64,000 bases of DNA from Parachlamydiales bacterium (GCA_020051075.1 JAGVJP010000011.1:1-64000); one strand, 5' to 3'; counted from the stretch's first letter, positions 1 to 10,418 are shown. The notes: a model not told the origin generated them from the sequence alone. Numbers and translations: made by a program.

Positions 1-129
1 GGAGTGGCATTTCGGCTGAGCCAAAGCCCCGGGGTTGCGATGCCGCCGGCGCCCTTATATTTCCTTCAATATTAGGGCGCCGGCGGCATCGCAACCCCGG
101 GGCTTTGGCTTCAGCCCAAATGCCGCTCC
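1..129. repeat. Long palindromic element (family P), may extend past the window start
   Basis: Perfect arms 19-55 / 74-110 (37 bp), imperfect extension to 1/129; shares GCCAAAGCCCCGGGGTTG core with 2824-2985. Confidence 0.9.
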
Positions 130-147
130 TGGTGCGTAAGGTGAGTT

Positions 148-1200
148 CTAAGCGACCGTGATCGAATGATCCAAATAGACATCCTGCACAGTATTTAGTA
201 ACAAGATCCCATCTTTCATCGGCTTCTGAAAGGCTTTTCGACCCGAAATCACCCCTGTCCCGCCAGCTCTTTTATTGATGATCGCAGTATGAGCGGCATC
301 GACGAGGTCATTTTTTCCCGATTCCCCACCAGAGTTAATCAATCCCATGCGTCCCATGTAGCAGTTAGCGACTTGATAACGAGTCAGATCTATAGGGTTG
401 TCTGTAGTCAATTTCTCGTATACCAGAGGGCTGGTCTTCCCAAATTTCAACGCTTGGAAGCCGCCATTATTGATCGGCTGCTTCTGCTTGATGATATCCG
501 CTTCAATGGTGACCCCAAGGTGATTGGCTTGGCCTGTCAAATCAGCGCTGAAAGAGTAATCTTTTCCTCCTTCTTTAAAAGCATCATTCCTCAGGTAGCA
601 CCATAAAACCGTCGCCATTCCTAATTCATGAGCACGCTGGAAGGCTAAACTCGTCTCTCGAATTTGATGATGCGACTCTTTTGAACCAAAATAGATGGTT
701 GCTCCGATCGCTGCCGCCCCCATCTCCCACGCCTGCTCAACTTGACCAAAATAGATCTGGTCGTAGGTGTTAGGATAGCTCAACAGTTCATTGTGGTTCA
801 GTTTGACGAGGAACGGGATTTTGTGCGCATATTTCCGGGCAACAGCGCCCAACAGGCCTAATGTTGAAGCCACAGCATTGCATCCCCCTTCAATCGCTAA
901 TTTAACGACATTTTCCGGATCAAAGTAATCAGGGTTGACTGCAAAGCTAGCGCCGGCCGAATGTTCAATTCCCTGATCGACAGGCAGAATAGATAAATAC
1001 CCTGTTCCGGCAAGCCGTCCAGTGTTGTAGATCTGAGATAAGCTTCTCAATACCTTCGGGGTGCGATCTGTTTGTGCAAACACCCGGTCGATGAAATCGG
1101 GGCCTGGAAGATAGAGTTTATCTTTGGAAATTGTCTGACAGCTGTGCTCCAGAAGCCCTTTAACACTATCTCCTAATAATTTTTGCAGTTTCTCTTGCAT
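148..1200 (-). CDS. fbaB: Class I fructose-bisphosphate aldolase (DhnA/FbaB type)
   Basis: [21 protein letters not shown] Schiff-base lysine region, [18 protein letters not shown] at 1200 preferred over the longer ORF start. Confidence 0.95.
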   Translation of the reverse strand: MQEKLQKLLGDSVKGLLEHSCQTISKDKLYLPGPDFIDRVFAQTDRTPKVLRSLSQIYNTGRLAGTGYLSILPVDQGIEHSAGASFAVNPDYFDPENVVKLAIEGGCNAVASTLGLLGAVARKYAHKIPFLVKLNHNELLSYPNTYDQIYFGQVEQAWEMGAAAIGATIYFGSKESHHQIRETSLAFQRAHELGMATVLWCYLRNDAFKEGGKDYSFSADLTGQANHLGVTIEADIIKQKQPINNGGFQALKFGKTSPLVYEKLTTDNPIDLTRYQVANCYMGRMGLINSGGESGKNDLVDAAHTAIINKRAGGTGVISGRKAFQKPMKDGILLLNTVQDVYLDHSITVA

Positions 1201-1213
1201 AAACGAACCTCTC

Positions 1214-1825
1214 TTAAGCCTTAATGATTTTATAGAGGAGTGTTTTTGTCTCCTCCAACGATGTGTGATGAATCGCATGGAACCCATATTTTTCTGCAAT
1301 CTCAGCAAGCATCACACGGTCGTCGATGTAGATCACTTCATCGGGAGCAGCCTGTGTGCAATCAAGCGCTAAGCGTAGAATATCTAAATCGGGTTTCCGA
1401 AAATGAACATAAGCTGAACAGATAAAGAAATCGACAAATTCTTTCATATTAAAGCGACGGATCCGGTGATCCATCAATTCACGTCCTTCATTACTGACAA
1501 CGACAACTTTCAAGTTGAACTCGGATTTGACTTCCCGTATCCATGCCAGCATTTCCGGATGGGGCTTTGATTGGGCAAACATGAATTCCTTAAACGCTTC
1601 TCTTGAATAATCCCTCTTTTCATAGAAGACCGCGCGATCTAAATAAGTATCAAGGGATATTTTGCCAGTTTCATAAGTGTCAAATGTCAATGCATGACGT
1701 GCATTAAACTCCGTAAGGTCGAGTTTAAACAATTTTGAGGCCTCTTCCCTCGAATGGTGGTCCCACCCATTGGTCAATAGAACACCGCCTACATCTAAAA
1801 ACAATGTTGTGATCTTTTTCTTCAT
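1214..1825 (-). CDS. HAD-superfamily phosphatase
   Basis: FLDVGGVL motif I, SNEGRE, RKPD, YIDDR; AGGAGAG before ATG at 1825. Confidence 0.9.
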   Translation of the reverse strand: MKKKITTLFLDVGGVLLTNGWDHHSREEASKLFKLDLTEFNARHALTFDTYETGKISLDTYLDRAVFYEKRDYSREAFKEFMFAQSKPHPEMLAWIREVKSEFNLKVVVVSNEGRELMDHRIRRFNMKEFVDFFICSAYVHFRKPDLDILRLALDCTQAAPDEVIYIDDRVMLAEIAEKYGFHAIHHTSLEETKTLLYKIIKA

Positions 1826-1838
1826 TAGGTCTCTCCTC

Positions 1839-2801
1839 TTAGTGAAATAGCATTGCGGCTGAACCAACCACCCCTGCTTCTTTTGTCAATGAAGCGACAA
1901 CAACTTCGAGTTTATTTGTCGCTGCTTTCAGAGCATATTGCCGTACGCCTTGATCGACATCAGCAACGAGTTCCGGCAATCCGTCGACCACTCCTCCGCC
2001 AAGAATTAACCGTTGAGGGTTGAGGACATTCACGATACCTGCACATCCAATCACCAACGCTTGTTTTGCCTGTGCGATCACCTGTCCTGCTAGCTTGTCC
2101 CCTCGATGATACGCATCGACAACTAACTTGGCAGAAATGATGTGACCATTTTCTTCAGCAAGCGCAAGGAGCGGTTGAGCAAGCTCTTTAGGAGATTGCG
2201 AAATAAGTTCTTTTGCCCTTGCGGCTAATCCCCATCCGCCAGCAAACGCCTCCATACAGCCCAAATTTCCACACGTGCACCTTGGACCTTTGAAATCGAC
2301 TGAAAGATGTCCCACTTCTCCAAACGTATTGCTAAACCCTGAAATCAGCTCTCCATTGATCACCACACCGCTACCGATTCCTGTTCCAATAAAGAGGCAC
2401 ACAAGGTGTTGACAACCTTTTCCAGCGCCATAGAGCCATTCTCCATAGGTGATCACTCGAACATCATTGTCAATATGGACTGGAAGTTTTAACATCCTTT
2501 CCAAGTAACTTTTCAATGGCACTTGATGCCAATTCAAATTAGGGGCAAAAATGACAGTGCCTGTCGTCCGCTCGATCTGTGCAGCGACGCCGATACCCAC
2601 CCCAAGAACTGGGGTATTCGCTTGCTGCAGCAATTGTGTAATTCCTTCAACTAACTGACGTTGAACATTTTCAGCTCCCTTTTCGACTTGCAGGCGGAGC
2701 CGATGGTGGATTGTGCCTCGGTTATCGACAACGCCCATTTCTATCTTTGTGCCGCCTAAATCAACACCAACGGCATAGCGTAGAGGAGAATATGTCACCA
2801 T
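1839..2801 (-). CDS. ROK-family sugar kinase (glucokinase-like)
   Basis: GVDLGGTK, DNDV, GTGIGSG, GEVGH, CTCGNLGCME. Confidence 0.92.
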   Translation of the reverse strand: MVTYSPLRYAVGVDLGGTKIEMGVVDNRGTIHHRLRLQVEKGAENVQRQLVEGITQLLQQANTPVLGVGIGVAAQIERTTGTVIFAPNLNWHQVPLKSYLERMLKLPVHIDNDVRVITYGEWLYGAGKGCQHLVCLFIGTGIGSGVVINGELISGFSNTFGEVGHLSVDFKGPRCTCGNLGCMEAFAGGWGLAARAKELISQSPKELAQPLLALAEENGHIISAKLVVDAYHRGDKLAGQVIAQAKQALVIGCAGIVNVLNPQRLILGGGVVDGLPELVADVDQGVRQYALKAATNKLEVVVASLTKEAGVVGSAAMLFH

Positions 2802-2823
2802 ACGTTTAAACCTTAATCAAATT

Positions 2824-2985
2824 ATACCGGCATCTAGTTGAAATTACCCACCTGGACTGCGCCAAAGCCCCGGGGTTGAACGATCGTAAATCACCCAATG
2901 TTAAGTCAATAGGGGTGATTTACGATCGTTCAACCCCGGGGCTTTGGCGCAGTCCAGGTGGGTAATTTCAACTAGATGCCAGTAT
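2824..2985. repeat. Long palindromic element (family P)
   Basis: Perfect 68-bp arms 2829-2896 / 2913-2980 with a 16-nt loop. Confidence 0.95.
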
Positions 2986-3049
2986 TCTATATATACAAGA
3001 AATCCCAAGAATATTATAGATAAATTTATCAGAAGACAAGGAGCATAAC

Positions 3050-3592
3050 ATGGATTCACTAAAAAATCATCGTACCCTATTATTTGTTGAAGGGATTCTC
3101 TTCACTATCTTAGGATTTTTTGCTGTGGCTTTGCCTGGAATCTCGACGTTAAGTGCAGAGATCTTTATCGGATGGCTTTTGATCATCTCTGGAGCGATAC
3201 AACTCTATAGAACGTTTAAAATGCGCGAAACTGAAGGATTTGCCGGTTCGCTCATCGTCGGACTGCTCTATATGATCTTCGGGATCCTCCTCATTCTTTT
3301 CCCTATCGCAGGAATCTACTCTCTAACAGCTTTGCTGATTTTCTTCTTTGCTGCTGAGGGGATCGCTAAAATTTTCTTAGGCTTTCAATTCCGCTCAGTC
3401 AAGCCTTGGGGATGGTTTATCGTCAACGGTGTCATCGCATTGCTGTTAGCTCTCGTCATCTGGTGGGGATGGCCTGCAACGGCTCTTTGGACTCTTGGAA
3501 TGCTTGTGGGAATCAACCTGATTTTCTTTGGAGTATCCTTGATTTCTTTGGCGTTGGCTCTGCCAAAGAATGACGAACCACCAAAACAATAG
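3050..3592 (+). CDS. HdeD/DUF308 family membrane protein
   Basis: About six hydrophobic segments, IGWLLIISG, WTLGMLVGINLIF; AAGGAG RBS. Confidence 0.85.
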   Translation: MDSLKNHRTLLFVEGILFTILGFFAVALPGISTLSAEIFIGWLLIISGAIQLYRTFKMRETEGFAGSLIVGLLYMIFGILLILFPIAGIYSLTALLIFFFAAEGIAKIFLGFQFRSVKPWGWFIVNGVIALLLALVIWWGWPATALWTLGMLVGINLIFFGVSLISLALALPKNDEPPKQ

Positions 3593-3606
3593 ACAGAATG
3601 CAAACA

Positions 3607-3720
3607 TCTGTGAGTGCAGATTGGTCCTTTGCGTCTTTGCGTTTAATAAAAGCTATGGTCAATGCTGCACTCACAGACGTTAATCTCAGAACTTTTGAGT
3701 TTTTGCACCTTTGCGTTGGG
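3607..3720. repeat. Inverted-repeat element (family E, TCTGTGAGTGCAG) with CTTTGCG units
   Basis: Arms 3607-3619 / 3665-3677; reverse complement aligns with 40503-40572; partial copy at 5199-5223. Confidence 0.75.
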
Positions 3721-3734
3721 GAGAGATTTGCCTC

Positions 3735-5093
3735 TCACTGTGACATTTTCCAGGCTTGCATCCCCCCGCGCAAATTGAAAACTGAGGTGAATCCCGCTTT
3801 TTTTAGTAGGGAAGCCCCTGTTGAAGCCCTCATGCCGCTCCTGCAAAGAAGAACAGTTGGAGACTCTTTATTCAATTCGGTAATTCTATTCTCCAATTCG
3901 TCAAGTTCCATGTGAAGAGCCTGAGGGATGTGTCCTGCTTCCCATTCTTCATCTGTACGGACATCGACGACGACTGGAAGCACCTCTCCGATTTTTTGAT
4001 CGATGCGATTGGGATCCATCATCGCAAAAGAAGAGAGGGAGCTCTCCTTTGGATCAAAAAGAATGATCGAAATCTCTTGGTCAAACCCTATCATATGCAG
4101 CATGTTGACCACTTCTGGCATGATGTGTGTATTCTCTGTGACAATGCCAATGGGTTGCTCTTCAGGCAGAAAATGTCCAGCCCAATGGTGAAATGTCTGT
4201 GAAAAAGGGATGTTCAGTGATCCGGGGAGATGAGAAATAGCAAATCCTTCAGGGAGTCGGATGTCAACGAGAAACAGGTCGCTCCGTTTTTGGATCTGCG
4301 GATCAAACAATTGGGCTTTCAATGAGCTCATCAACGGAGGACCTTGAACATTGATTTTTTTCAGCTTCTTAAAATAACGGGGAACTGGAGGCAGTCCCCT
4401 CAACACCCCTTCAATCCACTCCTCTTCGCTGATCTGATTCATGTATCGATTGTATCGTCTTTCATATCCCATGGTTGAGGTTTCAGCACCGCTTAAACTC
4501 TTCCCACATAAAGAGCCTGAACCATGACCAGGCAAGATCTCGACGAAATCGGGCAATGATCCTAAGACATCGAACAAGCTGTGATAGAGTTTTTTTGCTA
4601 AAAGCCGACTCTCCTTCTCTCCTAGGAGATCGGGCCTGCCAACAGATTCCACAAAGAGGCAGTCGCCACTGAAGAGGAACCATGGAGACTCTTGGCTCCT
4701 GCTCTCGTCATAACACACCCAACACAAGTGCTCTGGAGTATGCCCAGGAGTATGCAGTGCCTCAAGACGAATTTTCCCAAAGAAAAGTTTGTCTCCATGT
4801 TGAACTTGATGATCTGCATAATGTGGAACCCATTCTTTCCCGCCCATGCCAGAACAGTGGATGATAGGTTTGTCATTGAGTTGGTGCTTGAGTTCCCGCG
4901 CACCAGAAACGAAGTCAGCATGGACATGTGTCTCAAGAATATCTGTGATATTGAGTCCCTCTTCTTGGGCTTTAACAATGTAGGGAACAACCTGGCGAGT
5001 GGGGTCGACGACAACAGCCCTCTTAGACTCTTTGTCTCCTAAGATATATGAATTAATCCCTAACCCGGGTGTGAGAATGCGATGTAGATACAT
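3735..5093 (-). CDS. MBL-fold hydrolase fused to rhodanese domains (persulfide dioxygenase/sulfurtransferase-like)
   Basis: ETHVHADFVSG, HTPGHTPEH, SGDCLF, C-terminal CRSGMRA rhodanese loop. Confidence 0.9.
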   Translation of the reverse strand: MYLHRILTPGLGINSYILGDKESKRAVVVDPTRQVVPYIVKAQEEGLNITDILETHVHADFVSGARELKHQLNDKPIIHCSGMGGKEWVPHYADHQVQHGDKLFFGKIRLEALHTPGHTPEHLCWVCYDESRSQESPWFLFSGDCLFVESVGRPDLLGEKESRLLAKKLYHSLFDVLGSLPDFVEILPGHGSGSLCGKSLSGAETSTMGYERRYNRYMNQISEEEWIEGVLRGLPPVPRYFKKLKKINVQGPPLMSSLKAQLFDPQIQKRSDLFLVDIRLPEGFAISHLPGSLNIPFSQTFHHWAGHFLPEEQPIGIVTENTHIMPEVVNMLHMIGFDQEISIILFDPKESSLSSFAMMDPNRIDQKIGEVLPVVVDVRTDEEWEAGHIPQALHMELDELENRITELNKESPTVLLCRSGMRASTGASLLKKAGFTSVFNLRGGMQAWKMSQ

Positions 5094-5632
5094 GAAAAAC
5101 TGTCCTTTTTTTGTCGTTATACCACATTGCTATTTCCAGAAAGAATAAAAAAGATTCGTAACTATTCACGTCTCTCCCTTTTCGTGCCTGTGCTGCTGAC
5201 GTCTGTGAGTACAGCATGGTCCAGGCTCAGGATCCTACGCAACTGCGCCGATTTAACTTAAAAAACCACCCCAGAACAACTCTTAAAATGGTTTTTGAGC
5301 TCATTTACAAATCAGGATCCGAAAAAAATTCTTCTCTGTCTTCATTTCTTCATAAATATTCACAAAAAATGAGTGGTTTTTTATTTTTTCTAAAATTTTT
5401 TATCTTGCTTATTTTCAGTATCTTGAAAGAATTTTTTTGACAAATTTTCGTATCAATTCAAAATTCTTCTGGAACAAATATTTCCCAACGCGTATTTAAA
5501 GGTGGTAAATCCTTTTTGTTAATCGGCTCTTAACCACATGCCAAACATGTATAGCCGGTCTAAAGGGTAATTGAAAACGGAACAAATGATCTGTTGATAT
5601 CCTTAAACCAAAACTCTAACAGGAGTGTTCGT

Positions 5633-5824
5633 ATGAAAAAATTATTAGGCTTAGGCACTATGGCAGCTTTACTATTATCTTTGTCAAGCTGTTGCTGTGA
5701 TCGCGATCCATGTTGCGATGCATGTCCTCCAAGACCACGTTGCTGTGAAGCAAGACCTTGCTGCCCACAACCATGTGCTCCAACTTGTCAACCAAGATAT
5801 TACGACAACAACTGCTGCTATTAA
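5633..5824 (+). CDS. omcA: Small cysteine-rich outer membrane lipoprotein OmcA
   Basis: AGGAG RBS, lipoprotein signal ending LSLSSC, Cys/Pro-rich mature part, directly upstream of omcB. Confidence 0.85.
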   Translation: MKKLLGLGTMAALLLSLSSCCCDRDPCCDACPPRPRCCEARPCCPQPCAPTCQPRYYDNNCCY

Positions 5825-5844
5825 TAGCAATCTATTCTTTAGAT

Positions 5845-5871
5845 ATTGCAAGGGGATCTTCCCCTTGCAAT
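5845..5871 (+). terminator. Stem-loop after omcA
   Basis: ATTGCAAGGGGA-tct-TCCCCTTGCAAT, no strong U tract. Confidence 0.55.
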
Positions 5872-6076
5872 CTAGTGAGAAGTTCTCAGAAAATCATGAC
5901 AAACTTTGTATCTAAGAGTTTGTCATTACTTTCTGAGAACTTGGGGACAATGAAAACAGCTTGATCTTTACAATTTCGCAAGGAAAACAAGTAAGTTCTC
6001 AAAAGATACTATTAGTACTCAGATGATGAGTCAACAAAATCTTCAAAGAAAACAGACCTAAACTAAGGAGACTTTA

Positions 6077-7930
6077 ATGAAAAAACAACTGGGAATCTTA
6101 GCCTCGTTGCTTTTATTGGGTGTTTCAGCACTTCTTTGGACAGGTTGTAATAAATGCAACTCGTCCTGCAAAGATAGTAATATTTGCGAGCCCATATGTG
6201 AGCCTTGCAGACCTATCTGTCCTCCACGGCCATGCCCTCCTCCATGCGCGGAGCCATGCAGACCATGTCCTCCTCCATGCTGCGATGAGCCATGCAGACC
6301 ATGTCCTCCTCCATGCGCGGTGCCATGCAGACCATGTCCTCCTCCATGTTGCGAAGAGCCATGCAGACCTTGCCCTCCTCCATGTCCTCCTCGATGCGCG
6401 GAGCCATGCAGACCTTGCCCTCCTCCATGTCCTCCTCGATGCGCGGAGCCATGCAGACCTTGCCCTCCTCCATGTCCTCCTCCATGTTGCGAAGAGCCAT
6501 GCAGACCTTGCCCTCCTCCATGTCCTCCACCATGCCCATCAAGATGTGCAGCTCCGCTTAAGCCATGTGAACATGGTCCACAAGGAGAATGCGGTTGCAA
6601 TGGTGTCGTAGTGCGGGCAAAAAACCCAAATATGTGTATGCTCGGCGATCAATATCCTCTAGATATTGAAGTTAGCGCATGCCATGACGTGTGCGAAGTG
6701 ATCATTACAACAACTTTACCAGATGGTGTATCCTATGCAAGAGGAAATCCTGAGCCTAAAGTTGAAGGACAGACTTTAACATGGACACTTGGACACATTG
6801 CTAGAGGACAATGTCTAACAATGAGAGTCTGGTTAAGATGCGAGCGCGAAGGCGATCTTTGCACATGTTTCTGCGTGAAAGCAACACCAGTTGCCTTCTG
6901 TGCACTCCTCTGTGCTAAACCAGTTCTTGTTTGTGAAAAATGCGGACCAGAAGAAGCCTGTTTAGGAGATCCAATCCACTATACTATTACTGTGACAAAC
7001 ATTGGTACTTGCACAGCTCAAGAAGTGGTATTGAGAGATATTCTCCCAGAAGGAGTAGAACACAGCAGCGGGCAGAAAACAATCACTTTCAACCTTGGTT
7101 GCCTAGAGCCTTGCCAAACTAAGAAAGTTAACTTGTGCGCAACAGCAGTAAAACGTGGCGAATGGTGCAACACTGCTCTCGTCACAGCATGTAATGCTAA
7201 CCAGACATCATGCGAAGCATGCACATGCATCGCTTGCTGCCAAATGGAATGTAACAAAGTTGGACCAAAAGAAGTTCCTGTTGGACAAAATGCAGATTAC
7301 CAAATCACTGTGACAAACACAGGTGATAAGACTCTGCATGAAGTTGTCGTAACAGACATGGCTCCATCGACAACATCCATTGTTTCTGCACAAGGAGCTA
7401 ACATTTCCGGCAAACAGGCTATATGGAAACTGCGTGAATTAAAAGCAGGCGAAAAAGTAACGTTCAACCTAACGTTGACAACTTGCACACCTGGCTTCTT
7501 CACTAACAGAGTTCATGCAACTAACTGCGAAGGATGCAACGCTTGCTGCGAATTCGGTACACATTGGAAAGGACGTCCTGCCCTCGATTATTGCATCGAG
7601 ACATCAGACAATCCAATCTGTATTGGAGAAACAACTCGTCTCAAAATCTCATTGACTAACAAAGGTCAAGAGTATGATTCAAATGTATACGTCACCGTCA
7701 ATCTCCCTAGCGAACTAGAAGTTGTCAGCACATCAGGTGCTTCAACAGCTAAGGTGAATGGCCAGACAGTCACTTTTGGACCATTTGAGAATCTTGCTCC
7801 TCGTCAAACTTTAGAATACTATGTCACCGTTAAAGCCAATGGCCGCGGCGACCTACGTCCTAAAATTCAAGTAACTTCGGATTTCATCAAAAATCCAATT
7901 ACTCAAGAAGAGAGCTTGATTGTTAACTAA
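6077..7930 (+). CDS. omcB: Large cysteine-rich outer membrane protein OmcB with expanded Cys-Pro repeat
   Basis: Lipoprotein-like signal (WTGC), DUF11-like repeats (YTITVTNIGTC, YQITVTNTGDK), Cys-rich, downstream of omcA. Confidence 0.9.
   Translation: MKKQLGILASLLLLGVSALLWTGCNKCNSSCKDSNICEPICEPCRPICPPRPCPPPCAEPCRPCPPPCCDEPCRPCPPPCAVPCRPCPPPCCEEPCRPCPPPCPPRCAEPCRPCPPPCPPRCAEPCRPCPPPCPPPCCEEPCRPCPPPCPPPCPSRCAAPLKPCEHGPQGECGCNGVVVRAKNPNMCMLGDQYPLDIEVSACHDVCEVIITTTLPDGVSYARGNPEPKVEGQTLTWTLGHIARGQCLTMRVWLRCEREGDLCTCFCVKATPVAFCALLCAKPVLVCEKCGPEEACLGDPIHYTITVTNIGTCTAQEVVLRDILPEGVEHSSGQKTITFNLGCLEPCQTKKVNLCATAVKRGEWCNTALVTACNANQTSCEACTCIACCQMECNKVGPKEVPVGQNADYQITVTNTGDKTLHEVVVTDMAPSTTSIVSAQGANISGKQAIWKLRELKAGEKVTFNLTLTTCTPGFFTNRVHATNCEGCNACCEFGTHWKGRPALDYCIETSDNPICIGETTRLKISLTNKGQEYDSNVYVTVNLPSELEVVSTSGASTAKVNGQTVTFGPFENLAPRQTLEYYVTVKANGRGDLRPKIQVTSDFIKNPITQEESLIVN
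6200..6540 (+). repeat. Intragenic tandem repeat encoding (EP)CRPCPPPC units
   Basis: Near-identical 33-48 bp units, e.g. exact 45-bp duplicate 6356-6400 / 6401-6445. Confidence 0.9.
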
Positions 7931-7957
7931 TTAGAAACTCAAGTTTCTAGCAGTTGC

Positions 7958-7991
7958 AAGGCAGGTCCCCTACGGGGGACCTGCCTTTTTT
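7958..7991 (+). terminator. Rho-independent terminator of omcAB
   Basis: AAGGCAGGTCCCC-tacg-GGGGACCTGCCTT followed by T run. Confidence 0.9.
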
Positions 7992-9399
7992 ATATCTGCA
8001 GGCGCTGTTCTAAATCAGCCCTGAAATGGGGATGTAGAGTTTCCTCGAGAGGACTCCCCGCCTTTTCATGATCGAGCAATTTAAGGATCTGATTTCCATA
8101 ATCTCTCAATTCATGCAAAGGGATTGGGATATAACGGATTGTCGTCTCATATTTTCGTTCATAATAATCTTCGAAGAATTTGACAAACAACTTACTCAGC
8201 AGTCCAATCTCAGCATACAGCTCACTTTTCTGCTGCAGCTGTTCAGTTTGTTGGACTTGTAAAATGAATAGCGAAAGTTTTCTGAGCAGATTAGCTTCGG
8301 TCCAAAAGAATATCAGCGTCTCTTCCGGATGAATCCACTTAAAATCAGGAGGAGTATATTGATCCTGATGAAAAGACTTCATCAACTGATATCGACACAA
8401 TTTATAACAGACTGAATAGACGAATAGCTTGATCCCTAAAGAAAGATGAGAGATTTCGAAGTTGGGATTCACGTAGAACATCGGATTCAAAATGGTATCA
8501 CCAAGAATGAGGCGATGCCTCACATCGTAAAAATCGTCTACCCACTTCCAAAAAACCTCGACTGGGCTTCCATATTTCAAATGTAAAAGCGGGCGGAGCT
8601 TGTGTTTAAAATCTGCAGCTGGGCTCTTCTCGTCGATATTGAAGAGCGTTTCGAAACTTGTCGAAAGAAAAATGAGATCTTCTGCTTCAAACAACTCCTC
8701 TGGAAAGGTCAGTCCCTTTTCAAACAAGTTGACAAAACGTTGAAAAAAACGGTCGATAAAATAGCGAATAGATCGGATGATTTTCTTGCTTTCTTGAATC
8801 ACTTGAGAGTCTATGCATGCCGATGGGAGAAAGACATTCGCCAAAGCTTGTCCAAGGGCGGAAAATATTTCTGGATCTGCAGCGTGGATGCATAAAATCT
8901 CTTCTCGGCTTGCTTCTTTAATATGAAGATCCTTCCAATTATCTTTAACCGCAATGAATTCTGAAGAGGCAGGAATGATTTTCCTTAACGAATTGAAGGA
9001 AACAACTTCATTCCCAAAGTATAGATTGCGAAAGAAGCAGGCAAAATAGACCAGATAAAGCGCTTCGATAAGAACAAACTCCTGTTCTTCAGCCGGAATA
9101 TCTTTATGGATCGAGATACAAGTCGTCCCTTCCGGATTCAATCGTACAGTGTCGACGAAGTCTGAAGCCTCTTCGCCCCGTCGCGCTTTTATCTGCGCAA
9201 TGGAATGGATATAGTGTTGGAAATGGATATTGTCGTCAGAATTTAATAAATCCTTAGCATTTGAAGCAGACCAGAAGATCACAGGACCTAAGCGTATCAC
9301 TGTCTCGCTCGCCAGTTCAACAAACGGTAGGCAAGCGTGAAGTTTATAACTCTCCAAATCAATTGAACAAGCGGGTGATGACATTGTCTCCTCCACCAT
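7990..9399 (-). CDS. Hypothetical protein, possible degenerate HEPN-like domain
   Basis: 469-aa ORF; LSTSFETLF and FYDVRHRLILG resemble Apea-type HEPN signatures. Confidence 0.65.
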   Translation of the reverse strand: MVEETMSSPACSIDLESYKLHACLPFVELASETVIRLGPVIFWSASNAKDLLNSDDNIHFQHYIHSIAQIKARRGEEASDFVDTVRLNPEGTTCISIHKDIPAEEQEFVLIEALYLVYFACFFRNLYFGNEVVSFNSLRKIIPASSEFIAVKDNWKDLHIKEASREEILCIHAADPEIFSALGQALANVFLPSACIDSQVIQESKKIIRSIRYFIDRFFQRFVNLFEKGLTFPEELFEAEDLIFLSTSFETLFNIDEKSPAADFKHKLRPLLHLKYGSPVEVFWKWVDDFYDVRHRLILGDTILNPMFYVNPNFEISHLSLGIKLFVYSVCYKLCRYQLMKSFHQDQYTPPDFKWIHPEETLIFFWTEANLLRKLSLFILQVQQTEQLQQKSELYAEIGLLSKLFVKFFEDYYERKYETTIRYIPIPLHELRDYGNQILKLLDHEKAGSPLEETLHPHFRADLEQRLQI

Positions 9400-9437
9400 A
9401 AAATTTTATCTCGCAGTTGCTGGGAGAGGTGCAATTT

Positions 9438-10418
9438 TCATGCCAGACATGAGTGAAGACAATGATCAATGAATAGATTCAAACGGATGTACTCCTCATT
9501 GAATAAATCCTTAGGGCGATTTTCCTTTACATCTTCCTTCTTATTAGAAGACTCCATCAAGAATTTCAACAATGCAGCAACAGCGTAATTTCGTGGATAA
9601 ATTTGAAAATTGACCACTAAATGCTCTATCATTAACCTAGCTTCAACAGCTAATTTGCGAAGTTCGTTTCCTAATCGAGAACGAAGCCGTCTAATAATCC
9701 GTTTGAAATGAAGGACTGTAAATTTGCCAAGATGCAGATTTTCTATTTCATTAATTTGAGAATAGGTCTCATTCAATAGTTCAAGGCGATGCTTAAAGCT
9801 CGCACACCTTTCATAGAAAAATGGGTAGAGATTATCCTCAGTCACAACAATTAATAAGCGGTCGAGAATGAGACAACGAGAAAACTCCTGAGCGAGCAAG
9901 GAGAGGTTTTGGTTGACGATTTCCCGAAAAAGAAAAAACCGCTCTTTCCGACTGAGCTCTTTTTTCTTAACATGCTCATGATGGCTATAAGCAAAAATTA
10001 GGTAGGCTAGACGGCGGAGCAATAAGAGTTCAACTTCGATTTGTGCAATCTCACCTTCAAGGCGATCAGATTCACTGATGTTTTTTAAGCTCTCCAATTT
10101 TTCTAATTTCATGTAGAATTCAGCCAACCTTTGAGTCAAAGTTGGAGGGTCTTCTAATAGGATCCGATGCAGCTGTGCAAGGAGGTGATCGATCGCAATG
10201 GAAAAATCGTTTTGATTGAGGTGCGTTTGAAACCAAAACATGATTTTTTTCCAAACATTCGATTGAGACGACAATGTCCGTATGCGATGGCAACAACCAG
10301 AAGAGTCTTCCATGAGTGTTTCATCCTCTTCGAGAGGTTGGCGGATGATATCTTCAATTTCTGCTTTATCGCCGTAGATATTTAGGGGGTTCCAGTGGGA
10401 AAAAAAATATGAAAGCAT
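9438..10418 (-). CDS. Hypothetical helical/coiled-coil protein
   Basis: 326-aa ORF with AGAGG RBS; Leu/Glu-rich. Confidence 0.7.
   Translation of the reverse strand: MLSYFFSHWNPLNIYGDKAEIEDIIRQPLEEDETLMEDSSGCCHRIRTLSSQSNVWKKIMFWFQTHLNQNDFSIAIDHLLAQLHRILLEDPPTLTQRLAEFYMKLEKLESLKNISESDRLEGEIAQIEVELLLLRRLAYLIFAYSHHEHVKKKELSRKERFFLFREIVNQNLSLLAQEFSRCLILDRLLIVVTEDNLYPFFYERCASFKHRLELLNETYSQINEIENLHLGKFTVLHFKRIIRRLRSRLGNELRKLAVEARLMIEHLVVNFQIYPRNYAVAALLKFLMESSNKKEDVKENRPKDLFNEEYIRLNLFIDHCLHSCLA

Noticed and set aside
6058..6611. Gly/His-rich, Met-rich and other alternative ORFs over omcB
   Set aside because: Shadow frames of the stop-poor Cys-Pro tandem repeat
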